Origin: Cirrosporium novae-zelandiae
Lineage: Eukaryota
DNA length: 64,000 nucleotides
Assembly: GCA_026023565.1 (NCBI GenBank)
Contig: JAPETS010000021.1
Coordinates: 372,001-436,000 of the forward strand
Reading direction: 5' to 3'
Shown: piece by piece, positions 63,304-64,000 of the stretch
Numbering within the stretch: position 1 is the stretch's first letter
Layout: every line of letters starts with the position of its first letter
Position numbers and translations under genes: made by a program
The notes under the pieces: model-generated
Told to the model about the DNA's origin: nothing
The model's database searches: none
Seen by the model: only the letters and a program-made list of their open reading frames with translations

Positions 63304-64000
63304 AGCGATACATTGGCTTAGTCGTTGTGGTTGGCTGTTTAGTCGTCATTGGATCTACCAGTCTGCTTAGTCGTCTAGTCGTAGCCTTGTAAGTGCATCG
63401 GCGGAGCGGGTGGTTATCGATATTTAAGTTGGGTGGGTAGGTTGTTGTCAGCCGTTGGTGGTTGTGGGTATCTCATATATCATATCCAATCATTAGGGCA
63501 CAACAATTTTAAAGAGACGGAGAAAGAAATAATGTAAGATGGGTGAGCTCTAGCTAGTTAAATTAATTAAAAAGGGTCGGATTAAGAGACAGGTGAGCTA
63601 GTTAAGAATTGTAAATGAATCAATCAATATGCGCCTCTAACCAAAGAGAAATAGAATAGAACATTACAGAAAGATATCAAAGTGATAATTCTTTCTTCTT
63701 TGAATAACTGAGCAGCGTTTATCATTCTTCACAATTCTATCTTCTCAGACCTTGGTTCTCATGATAAGAGCTAGGTATGGAGAAGGAACAAGCTGTACAT
63801 TAATAAATGCCGGCGTTGAATGGCATGACGGATCTACAGAAGGGGAACGTCATTTGACGACACCACTTACTTTGACAACGGATTGATTTGAACCGCTGGC
63901 TAAAATTATCTTTAGGCTTTGTCCGCCAGTCCATCCGTCAGCCTGTCACTTTGCTCACCCTACCCTACATCCACAACCTTAAATATTGCCTCCTACGCCT

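Overview
Gene-dense, intron-rich eukaryotic DNA from a filamentous ascomycete (Pezizomycotina-type genes with short GT-AG introns and CTAAC/CTGAC branch points); the exact taxon cannot be fixed from this window. About 32 protein-coding genes, mostly housekeeping: MED12, CIA30, CMS1, CENP-T, SHY1, UBX, MIX17, RRP47, COQ4, PDCD5, SEC2, PMT1, ATP7, SRP101, YIF1, RPL14, EGD2, YAE1, acetyl-CoA transporter and CENP-O. Two genes are largely invisible in the ORF track because they consist of micro-exons: an Asterix/YPR063C-like gene (8 exons) and a divergent RPL14 (10 exons). Highlights: (1) an intronic TPP riboswitch in a sodium:solute-symporter gene, with two long-range complementary segments near the 5' splice site; (2) a three-gene copper-uptake cluster (BIM1/X325-like GPI cuproprotein, Ctr transporter, metalloreductase) with a shared AACWTGCTCA promoter motif; (3) probable non-AUG initiation in SEC2, and possibly in EOS1; (4) a Rim4/Msa1-like three-RRM protein with a Q/N-rich tail and an intronic 17-bp minisatellite. 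I saw no tRNA, rRNA, transposon or CRISPR. Exon boundaries and family assignments were made by eye and from memory of the families, not from database searches.
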